From Candidatus Obscuribacteraceae bacterium (GTDB lineage Bacteria; Cyanobacteriota; Vampirovibrionia; Obscuribacterales; Obscuribacteraceae): a stretch of 64,000 bases of DNA. Below the pieces are notes generated by a model. The model was not told the DNA's origin, ran no database searches, and worked only from the letters and a program-made list of their open reading frames with translations. Below are positions 27,642 through 39,480 of the stretch, in pieces (within the stretch, counting starts at the first letter, position 1; every line of letters starts with the position of its first letter). The stretch is from contig JBGAHS010000001.1 of the NCBI GenBank assembly GCA_044226015.1, forward strand, positions 256,001 through 320,000, in the 5' to 3' direction. The translations under genes and the position numbers were made by a program.

Positions 27642-29929
27642 ATTTTTTCCTCCGTGAGTTCGCGACGAAGTTCTTTCATGATTTGTTTTACGTGGTCTTC
27701 AGATTGCGAAGTTCTTCTTAAATAGTCTTGCCATGCGTTTTGTGATATGTCGCGTGCGTAAATCAAATCATTTCTTCTTTGGATCTTTTGTTCTAAGCTG
27801 AGACTTTCAATCGGAAGGTCTCTCCATTTATCATAGATTGGATGTGTCTTTTTTCCTACCTCATACATTTCTCGGGGAATGACCTGGTACTCTAAAAGCT
27901 GTCCGTTAGGTGCTCTTAAGTCAAAAGGCATTGCCCGCCACCCCCTTCCGTTTGGCTGCATTTTACCCAGGTTTGCTTCGAGTATTTGAAAGGGACTTTT
28001 CTTAAGATCTCGAGTGATGTGAGGTAGGTCATTCAGGTTGTCTAAAATCGTTGTGAATCTCTGTGTGTCTCGAAGATGTTCTATGCCGAACCAGGGCTTT
28101 CTTTCCCGTGTCTCAGGACGCCCCACTTTTCTCAGTGTGGATGCAGTTTCTTTGGGAGTGCCATATGAGTAACTATCATATTTGCTATCAATGAAACTCT
28201 TGAATTGGTCGATTATCGGCTGGTTCTCGCGAGAGAGCCTTTGAATTTGGCTTATCTTTTCTTTCGGACTTGCGTTTTTATCGATAGGGTTGGTTATGTG
28301 CTGCGGCTTCAGATCGTTGCCATTTGTGCGCTTAATGCCAAATTCGGCTAATTCAGCCGGCGATCTGCTTTCAAGTTTTGCTGATTGGACTTGAGCTGGT
28401 GTTAACAGCTCGCCCTTTGAGTCCAGGTATACTTCTGATACTCGAATTACTTCTGTCGTCGTGTTTTGTGTGCCGCTTGAGGAATTGCTTTCTCTTGCTT
28501 GTCCCGTTGTTACTCTTGTATCAACTGCAACGCTCTTCTCGTTGCTTGGAGAGCCGGCGCCACCTTTGAGGCGACGTTTGTCAATGTACATGTTTTGATC
28601 GGCGTCGTGTAAAAGTGCTTTTGCATCTTTATAATTTCTCGCCTGGGGCTCAAAAGTCGAGGCACCAATGCTGGTGCCAATGGGATAGCCTGTTCCGTCT
28701 GGCGCGCTAAGAGTGAACTGCAGGTGTGCCTGGATGTCTTGAGCAACCCGACGAGCGCCTTCTGCCGAAGTGTTTGGAAGAATTGCTACAAACTCGTCTC
28801 CACCATTACGGAAGAGTGAATCGGATTTTCGCAGGCGTTCAGAGATTAAATCGGCGGACTTCATCAGCGCCTTGTTGCCAACTTCATGACCTAGTGCGTC
28901 ATTTACTTTTTTGAATCCATTCAAGTCAAGGAATAGCACTGAAAGTGGGGTTGAACTGCGGGCGGCGCTGGCGAATTCTTTGTCCATCATCTCGAAACCA
29001 GCGCGCTGATTCTTTAGCCCCGTAAGAGCATCGACGGTGGAAATTTGGTTCAGCTTTTCATTTTCTTCTGTGAGTTTGGCAATCTTTTGCTTTAAATCTG
29101 TGAGCTGCTTGTCTGTTTCGAGCAAGTGGGGCGCCGTTTCTTCCAAGGCTTTTGGGGCGCATTCTTTTATTTTTGCTTCTGCTTTTGCAAAGCCCGAGCC
29201 GAGAACACATTGTGTTGCAATGCCATCTAGCAACTCTTCGTTTCTTGCGAGTCGGTTCTGGTCGATTAATGAATTCATTTCGGTGGCGACGAATCCACTG
29301 GGTATTCCTGCTAGCCCACCAGCTATGAGCGGCTTGCGCAGTAGCAACTGTGCTGAGCTGAGTTCTCCTTGCGTGGGAATTGCCCTCAGTTTGTTTGTGC
29401 TGTAGTGCAGTGCACTGAATGCGATACCATTGCTTAAGCCGTGCAGTCCTCTATTTGTCCAGAACTTATCGTCGGCTACTGCGCCTGCTGTCGCTGGCGT
29501 GAAGACGGAACCGTAAGTGAAGCCGGTAATTCCTGATTGAATCAGTTCTCTGGTGGGTTTTCCGAGGCTGCGATTTAGATCGGCACAAGCAAGCTGTTCG
29601 GTTTTGTTTAGCAGTCCGCCGCTGACCTTATGAGTAAGAAGCAAGAGGGGAATTTGACCTAATGCCGAGCCTGTTATTTGTGCCAACCAGGGCGCTGATA
29701 ACGTTTTGTTTTGTAGCTGATCAGGGCGCTCTTTTTCCACGCTTCTGGCGAAGTCTTCACCAGTTTTGCCGGGGCACATATGCGCAATAGCCTGCTTGAG
29801 TGCGAACGCCGGTTCCTCATAAAGAGACTGCACAAACGAAACGGCGAAGGTTGACGCACAAGTTTCCAGCTGGCTCTTTGGCCTCTCTGTGTTGAGAAGC
29901 TCGGCAAAATTTCTTGATCCTGGGTCCAT
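27638..29929 (-). CDS. Multidomain protein: hydrophobic N-terminal trunk + coiled coil + GGDEF + C-terminal RelA/SpoT-like nucleotidyltransferase
   Basis: DALTG, DLNGFKKVND..GH, RKSD I-site, GGDEF; C-terminal KETASTLRK, RDTQRF, GWRA, NGQLLEYQV, HPIYDKWR. Confidence 0.8.
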   Translation of the reverse strand: MDPGSRNFAELLNTERPKSQLETCASTFAVSFVQSLYEEPAFALKQAIAHMCPGKTGEDFARSVEKERPDQLQNKTLSAPWLAQITGSALGQIPLLLLTHKVSGGLLNKTEQLACADLNRSLGKPTRELIQSGITGFTYGSVFTPATAGAVADDKFWTNRGLHGLSNGIAFSALHYSTNKLRAIPTQGELSSAQLLLRKPLIAGGLAGIPSGFVATEMNSLIDQNRLARNEELLDGIATQCVLGSGFAKAEAKIKECAPKALEETAPHLLETDKQLTDLKQKIAKLTEENEKLNQISTVDALTGLKNQRAGFEMMDKEFASAARSSTPLSVLFLDLNGFKKVNDALGHEVGNKALMKSADLISERLRKSDSLFRNGGDEFVAILPNTSAEGARRVAQDIQAHLQFTLSAPDGTGYPIGTSIGASTFEPQARNYKDAKALLHDADQNMYIDKRRLKGGAGSPSNEKSVAVDTRVTTGQARESNSSSGTQNTTTEVIRVSEVYLDSKGELLTPAQVQSAKLESRSPAELAEFGIKRTNGNDLKPQHITNPIDKNASPKEKISQIQRLSRENQPIIDQFKSFIDSKYDSYSYGTPKETASTLRKVGRPETRERKPWFGIEHLRDTQRFTTILDNLNDLPHITRDLKKSPFQILEANLGKMQPNGRGWRAMPFDLRAPNGQLLEYQVIPREMYEVGKKTHPIYDKWRDLPIESLSLEQKIQRRNDLIYARDISQNAWQDYLRRTSQSEDHVKQIMKELRRELTEEKI

Positions 29930-30143
29930 TTGATTCTCTCAAACTGACCCTGCTAACTCCATCTGTATAGTGCGGGATAGTCCCACCGCTTTCAATGGTG
30001 AAAATGCGCGCAAAATAAGGGTTTAGCGCGGTTGCACACCTAGCGCTAAGCTTCCGTTTAATGTACGCGGCTAGAAATACTGAATCGGTACCGATCCGGA
30101 ATTTGGGATCTCAATGGTTAAATGAGGTCGGTTTTAAAATGGA

Positions 30144-30953
30144 TTGGTAGTAGAATCGCATTCGCTAATGAGGATGTTCATGAAAACGCGTGGATTTGTT
30201 TCGGTGATTGTTTTTGGACTGAGCGGATGTGCTTTCCTTTTGCAGTCGACAGTTCCACTTCGTGCATTTGCTGCTGAGGTGAAGCGTCCTTCCATGGTGC
30301 GCCGAGAAGAGTGGGGCTCGAAAGCCGACGCAATACCTGACTCGCGAAAACAGGTTCCTGTTTGGATTACGATTCACCATGCTGGAGAATTTTGGAAGTA
30401 TGGAAGTGACCCCGCAGAATTCGTGAGGCACATGCAAGTCTGGGGGCAAAATCGTCCGAAGTTGGAAAAGCCACCGCGTGATACCTATTGGCCCGACCTG
30501 CCCTATCACTACCTCATCGCTCCTGATGGGAGAATCTTTGAAGGGCGCCCTGTTGAATACGAACCTGAGACAAACACCAAGTATTCGGTAAACGGTAACA
30601 TCGGTGTCGAAATGATGGGTGATTTTGAAAAGCAGCGCCCTGGACTAGAGCAAATTCGCTCGTGCGCTCAATTGACAGCGTGGCTTGCTCAGAAACACAA
30701 AATTGATGCAGAGCATATTCGCACTCACATGGATGCTGCACCTGGTCAAACCGATTGCCCCGGACGAGATTTTTACCGTTATATAAAAGATGGTCAGTTC
30801 AAAACTTGGGTGAAGGAGATTCAAAAGGGCAAGAAGCCTGAGATAAAGGAAGGACCGGCGTTAAAGGAAGGACCGCTTTTGTCCATAAATGACCCTGCTT
30901 CTAAGCCCCCCGAGGCTGCCGTTGAGCCCACCGTTGAGCCTGCCGCAAAATAG
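30144..30953 (+). CDS. Secreted N-acetylmuramoyl-L-alanine amidase (Amidase_2/PGRP-like); start probably 30168-30180
   Basis: ITIHHAG, DLPYHYLI..DGRIFEGR, RTHMD, TDCPG zinc-ligand motifs; signal peptide. Confidence 0.88.
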   Translation: MVVESHSLMRMFMKTRGFVSVIVFGLSGCAFLLQSTVPLRAFAAEVKRPSMVRREEWGSKADAIPDSRKQVPVWITIHHAGEFWKYGSDPAEFVRHMQVWGQNRPKLEKPPRDTYWPDLPYHYLIAPDGRIFEGRPVEYEPETNTKYSVNGNIGVEMMGDFEKQRPGLEQIRSCAQLTAWLAQKHKIDAEHIRTHMDAAPGQTDCPGRDFYRYIKDGQFKTWVKEIQKGKKPEIKEGPALKEGPLLSINDPASKPPEAAVEPTVEPAAK

Positions 30954-31178
30954 TTTTGCAATTGATTCAACCAAGCAAATTCAGACTACAAATGCGATTC
31001 TTTGTGGCAAATTTGTGAATACTGCTGCTAAAAGGCGGAACAGGATGCTGCGAAAAAGTGGATCAGGGTAAATACTGTTTTCACGCAACGCTCTCTTGAT
31101 TACTATCAAATCATTCGTGTTCACCAGGTTTCTAAACCCACTACTACTTCCCCGGTGAGCCGAAAGCAGGAGATAGCA

Positions 31179-31445
31179 ATGTTAGGAACTCAAGCAATAA
31201 GCAATCATCATTCAACCCTCCAATCCTGGAGAAAAAGTTCGGAGTATGATCGGGCTAAACTTCGTTCAAGTGCTGAATACAACCTGCGCGGACGCTACAG
31301 CGTTCGATTGATCGGAAGCAATAAATGGTTCAACTGTGAGTTTCCTCCAAAAGAGGGCGCCGCAGAATGGATCTTTATAAACCTACATGGCATGCCCATT
31401 TTCCACTGGTGCATGGAACGTGAATCCGTCATGCTAATCGGATAA
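31179..31445 (+). CDS. Small hypothetical protein
   Basis: AGGAG SD before ATG 31179; followed by a terminator. Confidence 0.55.
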   Translation: MLGTQAISNHHSTLQSWRKSSEYDRAKLRSSAEYNLRGRYSVRLIGSNKWFNCEFPPKEGAAEWIFINLHGMPIFHWCMERESVMLIG

Positions 31446-31465
31446 CACTCCATTGTTTTCGATAA

Positions 31466-31495
31466 GAAAGAGCACCTCGAAAGAGGTGCTCTTTT
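31466..31495. terminator. Bidirectional intrinsic terminator
   Basis: AGAAAGAGCACCTC-GAAA-GAGGTGCTCTTTT between convergent genes. Confidence 0.85.
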
Positions 31496-31530
31496 GAATT
31501 CTTGTAGTTTCGTTAGTCTGCTTTTTTCAA

Positions 31531-32142
31531 TTATTTGCTGCTGACTTTGTCGCCGACTTTGCGGTGAGCTTCAAGGTTCAGAGTGATTTTTACATCGTCT
31601 GAAACTGCAACGCCGCCATTATCGAGTGCGTTGTTGTAAGTCATTCCGAACTCTTTGCGGTTGATTGTAGTGGTTGCAGATGCGCCGACACGTTCAATGC
31701 CTTTCTTCTTATCGAGGAAGGTTTCTGTTGGACCGTCTACATTCAACTCGACGTTTTTCGTGACACCATGCATGGTGAGCTTTCCTGTCAATTTGAAACC
31801 GCCGGCCATAATTGGAATAATGCCGGTAGATTCAAACGTAATTGCAGGAAATTTCGCGACATCGAAGAAATCAGCGCCGCGCAGGTGCTCGTCTCTGCCT
31901 GGTTCATTTGTATTGATTGTGGCAGGGTCTAGCTTGGCCGTAACCTTGAGTGTATCTACGTTTTTGCCGTCATAATTGATAGTACCCGTGATACCACCCA
32001 TTTGTCCTGGTACCGAAGATACCATCATATGTTTTACTGTAAATGTGGCGCTAGAATGCTTGGTGTCAATATCCCAATCATTGGACGCATAAGCTGCTGT
32101 TCCGATGCCAAAAGCGGCAAGCAAACAAATAAGTTGTTTCAT
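31531..32142 (-). CDS. YceI family polyisoprenoid-binding periplasmic protein
   Basis: WDIDTKHS..FTVKHMMVS, RDEHLRGADFFDVAKFP, GKLTMHGVTK, INRKEFG. Confidence 0.93.
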   Translation of the reverse strand: MKQLICLLAAFGIGTAAYASNDWDIDTKHSSATFTVKHMMVSSVPGQMGGITGTINYDGKNVDTLKVTAKLDPATINTNEPGRDEHLRGADFFDVAKFPAITFESTGIIPIMAGGFKLTGKLTMHGVTKNVELNVDGPTETFLDKKKGIERVGASATTTINRKEFGMTYNNALDNGGVAVSDDVKITLNLEAHRKVGDKVSSK

Positions 32143-32155
32143 TTCGGTTGGTCCT

Positions 32156-32806
32156 TTATTGCTTGTATTTCACTGAGCAGCCCATCGCTTTTGAGCTTGC
32201 TATGCTGATGGGCTTCTTAGCAAGAAGCTCATCGAGTGCCTTTTGAACGTAATTGACATTTACTTTTTCAGTTGAGTCTGCTGTCTGATTGTCATCGACT
32301 GCTCCGGAATAAGCTAACTCACCCTTCTCATTAACGATGAACATATCAGGGGTGCAAGTGGCTCCATACGCGTGTCCAGCGCTTCCGTCTGGGTCCATGA
32401 GATAGGCTGTTGGACTTGCATTGTTTTGCTTCATGAGTTCATTGATTTTTGCGGCTGAATAATTTCCCTGCCGTCCTTCAGCTGATGAACAGATTGAAAA
32501 CCAGAGCACGCCTTTTCCGGTGTAGGTTTTCTGAAGCTTTTGCATAGCGCCGGTGGAATATTGGCGTTTTACAAATGGGCAATCGTAATTTGTCCATTCC
32601 AAAACGACAATTTTTCCTTTGCCTTCTTCAAGTGAATGTTTCTTGCCATTTGAATCGGTCAAATTGAACGTGGGGGCCGTTTTCCCTAAGGCTGCTGCAG
32701 CGTTTTCTGCTGCTAGCACAGGATTTATCGAGCTGGATGCCAGTGGAAAAGACAAAACGCTAAGCAACAAAGCTGCGCCTGTTTTCGCCCAGAGTTTTCT
32801 GTTCAT
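32156..32806 (-). CDS. Exported thioredoxin-fold redoxin (AhpC/TSA-like)
   Basis: APTFNLTD, VVLEWTNYDCPFV, YGATCTP, YSGAVDD, GCSVKY; SD AGAGG before ATG 32806. Confidence 0.88.
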   Translation of the reverse strand: MNRKLWAKTGAALLLSVLSFPLASSSINPVLAAENAAAALGKTAPTFNLTDSNGKKHSLEEGKGKIVVLEWTNYDCPFVKRQYSTGAMQKLQKTYTGKGVLWFSICSSAEGRQGNYSAAKINELMKQNNASPTAYLMDPDGSAGHAYGATCTPDMFIVNEKGELAYSGAVDDNQTADSTEKVNVNYVQKALDELLAKKPISIASSKAMGCSVKYKQ

Positions 32807-33299
32807 AGATGATCCTCTTAATTGCAGGTGCATAAGTCTATAACGAAACTCATCTCCGTTCGTTAAGTCAGGCATTTTGGGAACTGATGGATTCCAATAA
32901 GTGAACTTGTAGACGCTACTAAGTCAGCGATGTTTCAAGTAATTTTGTCCATGAGTCAACATTGCATTTTGTGAAGTCCTGCATATCCTGCTTATTGGTG
33001 AGGTGTCTAGATTCTTAGGGTGATATTGTGCTGAGCGTGAGATTCCTTGGAATGCTCGAGTTTGCTTGGAGCGACCGGGCTGGCTTCCATATTACAAATT
33101 CTGCTATCGCTGGAGGTGGGGGCGTCCACAATTATTGGGGCTGCTCTTTCTTCTTGATTTTCTTCGTAACGTGCAGTCGAAGTTCTATTTCTGATCTCGG
33201 GCTAAGATTTCAGTCCCTATGGATCTGATTTTCAGTCCTGAGATCTCATTTCAAAAACAATAAAAGGATGCTAGTTGTTTTGTTTTTCTAGTGACTTTG

Positions 33300-33400
33300 T
33301 TTTTGGTTTTGCGTGAATTTTGAACGATTTCGAGTGATTTTCGAATGACTTGGTTTTGATTTCGAACGATTTGAGTGATATTCGAACGATTCAGTTTCTG
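33300..33400. repeat. Degenerate (TT)CGAACGATTT(C)GAGTGAT micro-repeats
   Basis: GAACGATTTCGAGTGATTTTCGAA and GAACGATTTGAGTGATATTCGAACGATT recur within about 100 bp. Confidence 0.6.
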
Positions 33401-33992
33401 ATAAAGCATCAGGAATTCCCTACCTTTATTATTTTAGTGTTTCAATGCTGGCTTGCGTTACATCGCGAGTTGTTGCACCGCAGGTGGTGCGAGGCTGTTT
33501 CTGTTGAGATTCTCGCGATTCCCATCAGCAGTGGCTTTTGGCGTGATGTATTAAAGAAGCGGCATCTCTCTCTTAAGTTTTCCGCTTGTCGACCCCTCGT
33601 GCCATTCATGCAGGTCAGCTTCTGAAGCGCTTCTCATAGAGGCGTGATCTCTAATTCCTATATATAAGGAAAATGGAGCGCAAAGACGGGTGCGTTTCAG
33701 TTTGCTTGTGGAGCTATCGTGCGCGGCTTCTGGACTCGGTTCCAGCAGAGCAAAATTCCGTCTGCCCAATACGGTGTCGAATAATATTCGAGGCACAGGC
33801 AATTCGTGTTGTGAAGCAGTCGTCAGCAAACCCGCATACTCGGCTGCTCTAGCTCTGGTGGCTTGAATCCTTTGCTGTGATGGAAGTGCCACCATTCTGA
33901 GCCGGCGATCATTTTTCCAAATCGCATTCTTTATATAGAATGGCTTCGAATCAGGCACTTTAGCGATGTTTGTTTATATAAGGAAACATCTA

Positions 33993-34022
33993 TTGTGCAT
34001 TAGTGATTAGCTCTAATACAAT
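33993..34022 (+). promoter_or_regulatory. Candidate sigma70-type promoter directly upstream of tRNA-Ile
   Basis: TTGTGC-18 bp-TACAAT, ending 11 nt before the tRNA; preceded by an imperfect palindrome at 33965-33990. Confidence 0.5.
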
Positions 34023-34033
34023 ATTTCTTCTGC

Positions 34034-34107
34034 GGGCTATTAGCTCAGGTGGCTAGAGCGCACCCCTGATAAGGGTGAGGTCCCTGGTTCGAGTCCAGGA
34101 TGGCCCA
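34034..34107 (+). tRNA. tRNA-Ile(GAU)
   Basis: Cloverleaf; anticodon arm CACCC-CT-GAT-AA-GGGTG; T-loop TTCGAGT; CCA not encoded. Confidence 0.97.
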
Positions 34108-34226
34108 GGTTTCTACTCCGATCATTGGATTTTCGGAACCAAGTCTGAAGGAAATGCTAAAGCATTCTGAACGGCGAGAAAAACGAAAACGAATGTGGTA
34201 AAACTAAAAGGAGTGGAAGCGGTGTT

Positions 34227-34302
34227 GGGGGCTTGGCTCAGTTGGTAGAGCGTCTCGTTTGCACCGAGAAGGTCAGCGGTTCGAATCCGCTAGCCTCCAC
34301 CA
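34227..34302 (+). tRNA. tRNA-Ala(UGC)
   Basis: G3:U70 acceptor pair; anticodon arm TCTCG-TT-TGC-AC-CGAGA; encoded CCA. Confidence 0.97.
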
Positions 34303-34461
34303 ATTCAAAACGCCAAATGAAATGGCTAAGTCACAATTCATAACACGAATGTGGAAATGCTAAATCGAATCTGGTAGTATTGATATTCCGCGGTGAACGA
34401 AAGAGTAATTCGAAAGTTCATTCGCAAGCGGCAAATCCAAGAGCCGTGTAAATCTTGGTCC

Positions 34462-34491
34462 GTACCCTGAAAACTGCATATTGAGAAGTAA
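34462..34491 (+). other. 5' strand of 23S processing stem (pairs with 37581-37609)
   Basis: GTACCCTGAAAACTGCATATTGAGAAGTAA is largely complementary to TTACTTCTCGTATGCAGTCTTCAGGGTAC. Confidence 0.8.
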
Positions 34492-34582
34492 AGATAAAAC
34501 GAAAGTCTGTATCTCATCAGAAGGCTTTCAGGCGATGACTCACCGGAGACTTAGTAATCCCGGATGAAGAGCCTGAGAAGCT

Positions 34583-37553
<2,971 letters not shown>

Positions 37554-37639
37554 AGTTATTTGATGAAATACCTTTCGAACTTACTTCTCGTATGCAGTCT
37601 TCAGGGTACTGGTTCTATAACCAGTAAACCCTAACGGTT

Positions 37640-37756
37640 TCTTGGTACCCATGCGACTGGAACACACCCGTTCCCATCCCGAACACGAAGGTAAAGACGG
37701 TCAGCAGCGACAATACTTGGTGGGTGACCGCCCGGAAAGATAGCCCGGTGCCAGGA
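37640..37756 (+). rRNA. rrf: 5S ribosomal RNA
   Basis: CACCCGTTCCCATCCCGAACACG core; terminal helix TCTTGGTAC/GTGCCAGGA. Confidence 0.95.
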
Positions 37757-37762
37757 TCTATG

Positions 37763-37800
37763 AAGCCCTTGAGTTAATAGCTCAAGGGCTTTTATTTTTT
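37763..37800 (+). terminator. rRNA operon intrinsic terminator
   Basis: AAGCCCTTGAG-TTAATAG-CTCAAGGGCTT followed by a T tract. Confidence 0.9.
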
Positions 37801-37929
37801 GTACTTTTATTCAATCTCCCAAGGTCGGCTTAGCAGGCAGCTTCCGACTTGGACTTTACTGTTTACTTGGACTTTACGGTTTGCTCAATCCTTTCATATT
37901 GACTCGTCCGAGCCACAGGTAATTAAGTT

Positions 37930-38152
37930 TGGCTTGTTGATTGGTGGGTTTGGTTTGGGCTGTTTGATTGGCTCGTCGATTGACTTTGGTGGGCTTGTTG
38001 ATTGGGCTTTCGATTTTCTTGTTGGTTAGATTGGCTTGTTGATTGGCTGGTTAGATTGGCTTATCGGTGGGGTTGTTGATTGGGCTTTCGATTTTCTTGT
38101 TGGTTAGATTGGCTTGTTGATTGGCTTATCGGTGGGGTTGTTTGATTGGCTT
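37930..38152. repeat. G/T-skewed repeat region with 10 GATTGG motifs and a 54-bp direct repeat
   Basis: Identical 54-mers at 37995-38048 and 38073-38126. Confidence 0.85.
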
Positions 38153-38295
38153 GTGCACCACTCCTGGTGTCTATCGGGCGACTCTTTGCGGTATTGGCAC
38201 TTGCCCGTAAACTCATGCAGCCCGTGGTTTTACGATATCGAACATTCATATTTGCAGTTACGTTAATTTCGATTAGTCACTGGGGACCTAATGAA

Positions 38296-39099
38296 ATGAT
38301 GCAGACTTGCACAGAAAAAATATCGCAACTCGCGCTCAACATCGAGCAGACCCATTATGCAAATGCTATTTGTTATTCTGAAATAAATGCAACGAGTCTC
38401 TGGCAGACTCATTCGATGCGCGGCTCTAAGTCGACTTCTTCTGTTGATTGGTTGAATTCTGTCTTCACTTACAATTGCCCTGGTGGTGTGCCTCAAACCG
38501 AGCTCATGGAGCTGGTCGATCGATTTGGTTCAGAGGCTTTCACCTGGTTTGTTGGCGTTCTGACCGAGCAACCGGAATTAGTGCGTAAATCATTGTTGGA
38601 CTTCGGTTTTGAGTTCAGGGGATCGCACGTTTGCATGTCCTTGTCGCAAGATAATCTTTGTGATGCGCCTGACCCGGAAGATTTTGAAGTGGTCTGTCTG
38701 ACTGAACCTCGGCAGGTAACTGATTGGTTGCTACCTACCAAAATTTCGTTTGAATTCACACCAGAATCAAACATGTGCCTTGATGCGTTTGTTAGATCTG
38801 ATTTTAATACTCAACACGAAGTTCGTTTTATCGGGTACTACAAAGGACAAGCAGTCAGCGCTTGTAGCTATTTTGTGCACAATGATCAGGTGAATATCTA
38901 TTGGGTTGGAACTTTGCCAGAATATCGTAATCGCGGGTTTGCTCGGAAAGTTGTGGAGACTGCGGCCAAACATGCTTTCAAGCGATTCAGTTCGCCTATC
39001 GGGCTTTATGCAACCGAGATGGGGGCGCCCGTTTACCGAGCGATTGGCTTTGAACCTTTGTATAGCCAGGAACATTTCTTGTACACACCGCAAAAGTAG
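38296..39099 (+). CDS. GNAT family N-acetyltransferase
   Basis: IYWVGTLPEYRNRGFA (acetyl-CoA motif A), LYATEMGAPVYRAIGF. Confidence 0.88.
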   Translation: MMQTCTEKISQLALNIEQTHYANAICYSEINATSLWQTHSMRGSKSTSSVDWLNSVFTYNCPGGVPQTELMELVDRFGSEAFTWFVGVLTEQPELVRKSLLDFGFEFRGSHVCMSLSQDNLCDAPDPEDFEVVCLTEPRQVTDWLLPTKISFEFTPESNMCLDAFVRSDFNTQHEVRFIGYYKGQAVSACSYFVHNDQVNIYWVGTLPEYRNRGFARKVVETAAKHAFKRFSSPIGLYATEMGAPVYRAIGFEPLYSQEHFLYTPQK

Positions 39100-39117
39100 C
39101 GCGCAGGAAGCCACTAT

Positions 39118-39480
39118 TGAGAACTATGAGGATCTCAACAGGAGTCTTGTGGAAACTGAATCGTTAACGATTTAGTTTTTGCGGAAGGGACTGAGAACTG
39201 TGAGGATCTCAACAGGAGTCTTGTAGAGACTGAATCGTTAACGATTTAGTTTTGGGCTGAGCGTTCGAGGATCTCAATAGGAGCCTTGTGGGAACTGAAT
39301 CGTTAACGATTTAGTTTTTGCGGAAGGGACTGAGAACTGTGAGGATCTCAACAGGAGTCTTGTAGAGACTGAATCGTTAACGATTTAGTTTTTTGCGGAA
39401 GGGGCTGAGAATTCGAGGATCTCAATAGGAGCTTTGTGGAAACTGAATCGTTAACGATTTAGTTTTTTTGCGGAAGGGGT
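39118..39480 (+). repeat. Tandem array of five ~74-bp hairpin-containing units
   Basis: Invariant core ACTGAATCGTTAACGATTTAGT at 39155, 39229, 39294, 39368, 39442, each followed by a T tract. Confidence 0.95.

Noticed and set aside
33028..33958. Short ORFs upstream of tRNA-Ile, or a decayed 16S
   Set aside because: No SD or protein motifs, they overlap repeats, and no conserved 16S signature is recognisable.
38146..38295. N-terminal extension of the GNAT ORF
   Set aside because: It starts at a TTG inside the GATTGG repeat; ATG 38296 is more plausible.
39118..39480. CRISPR array
   Set aside because: Sequences between the palindromic cores are near-identical rather than unique spacers, and no cas genes are in the window.
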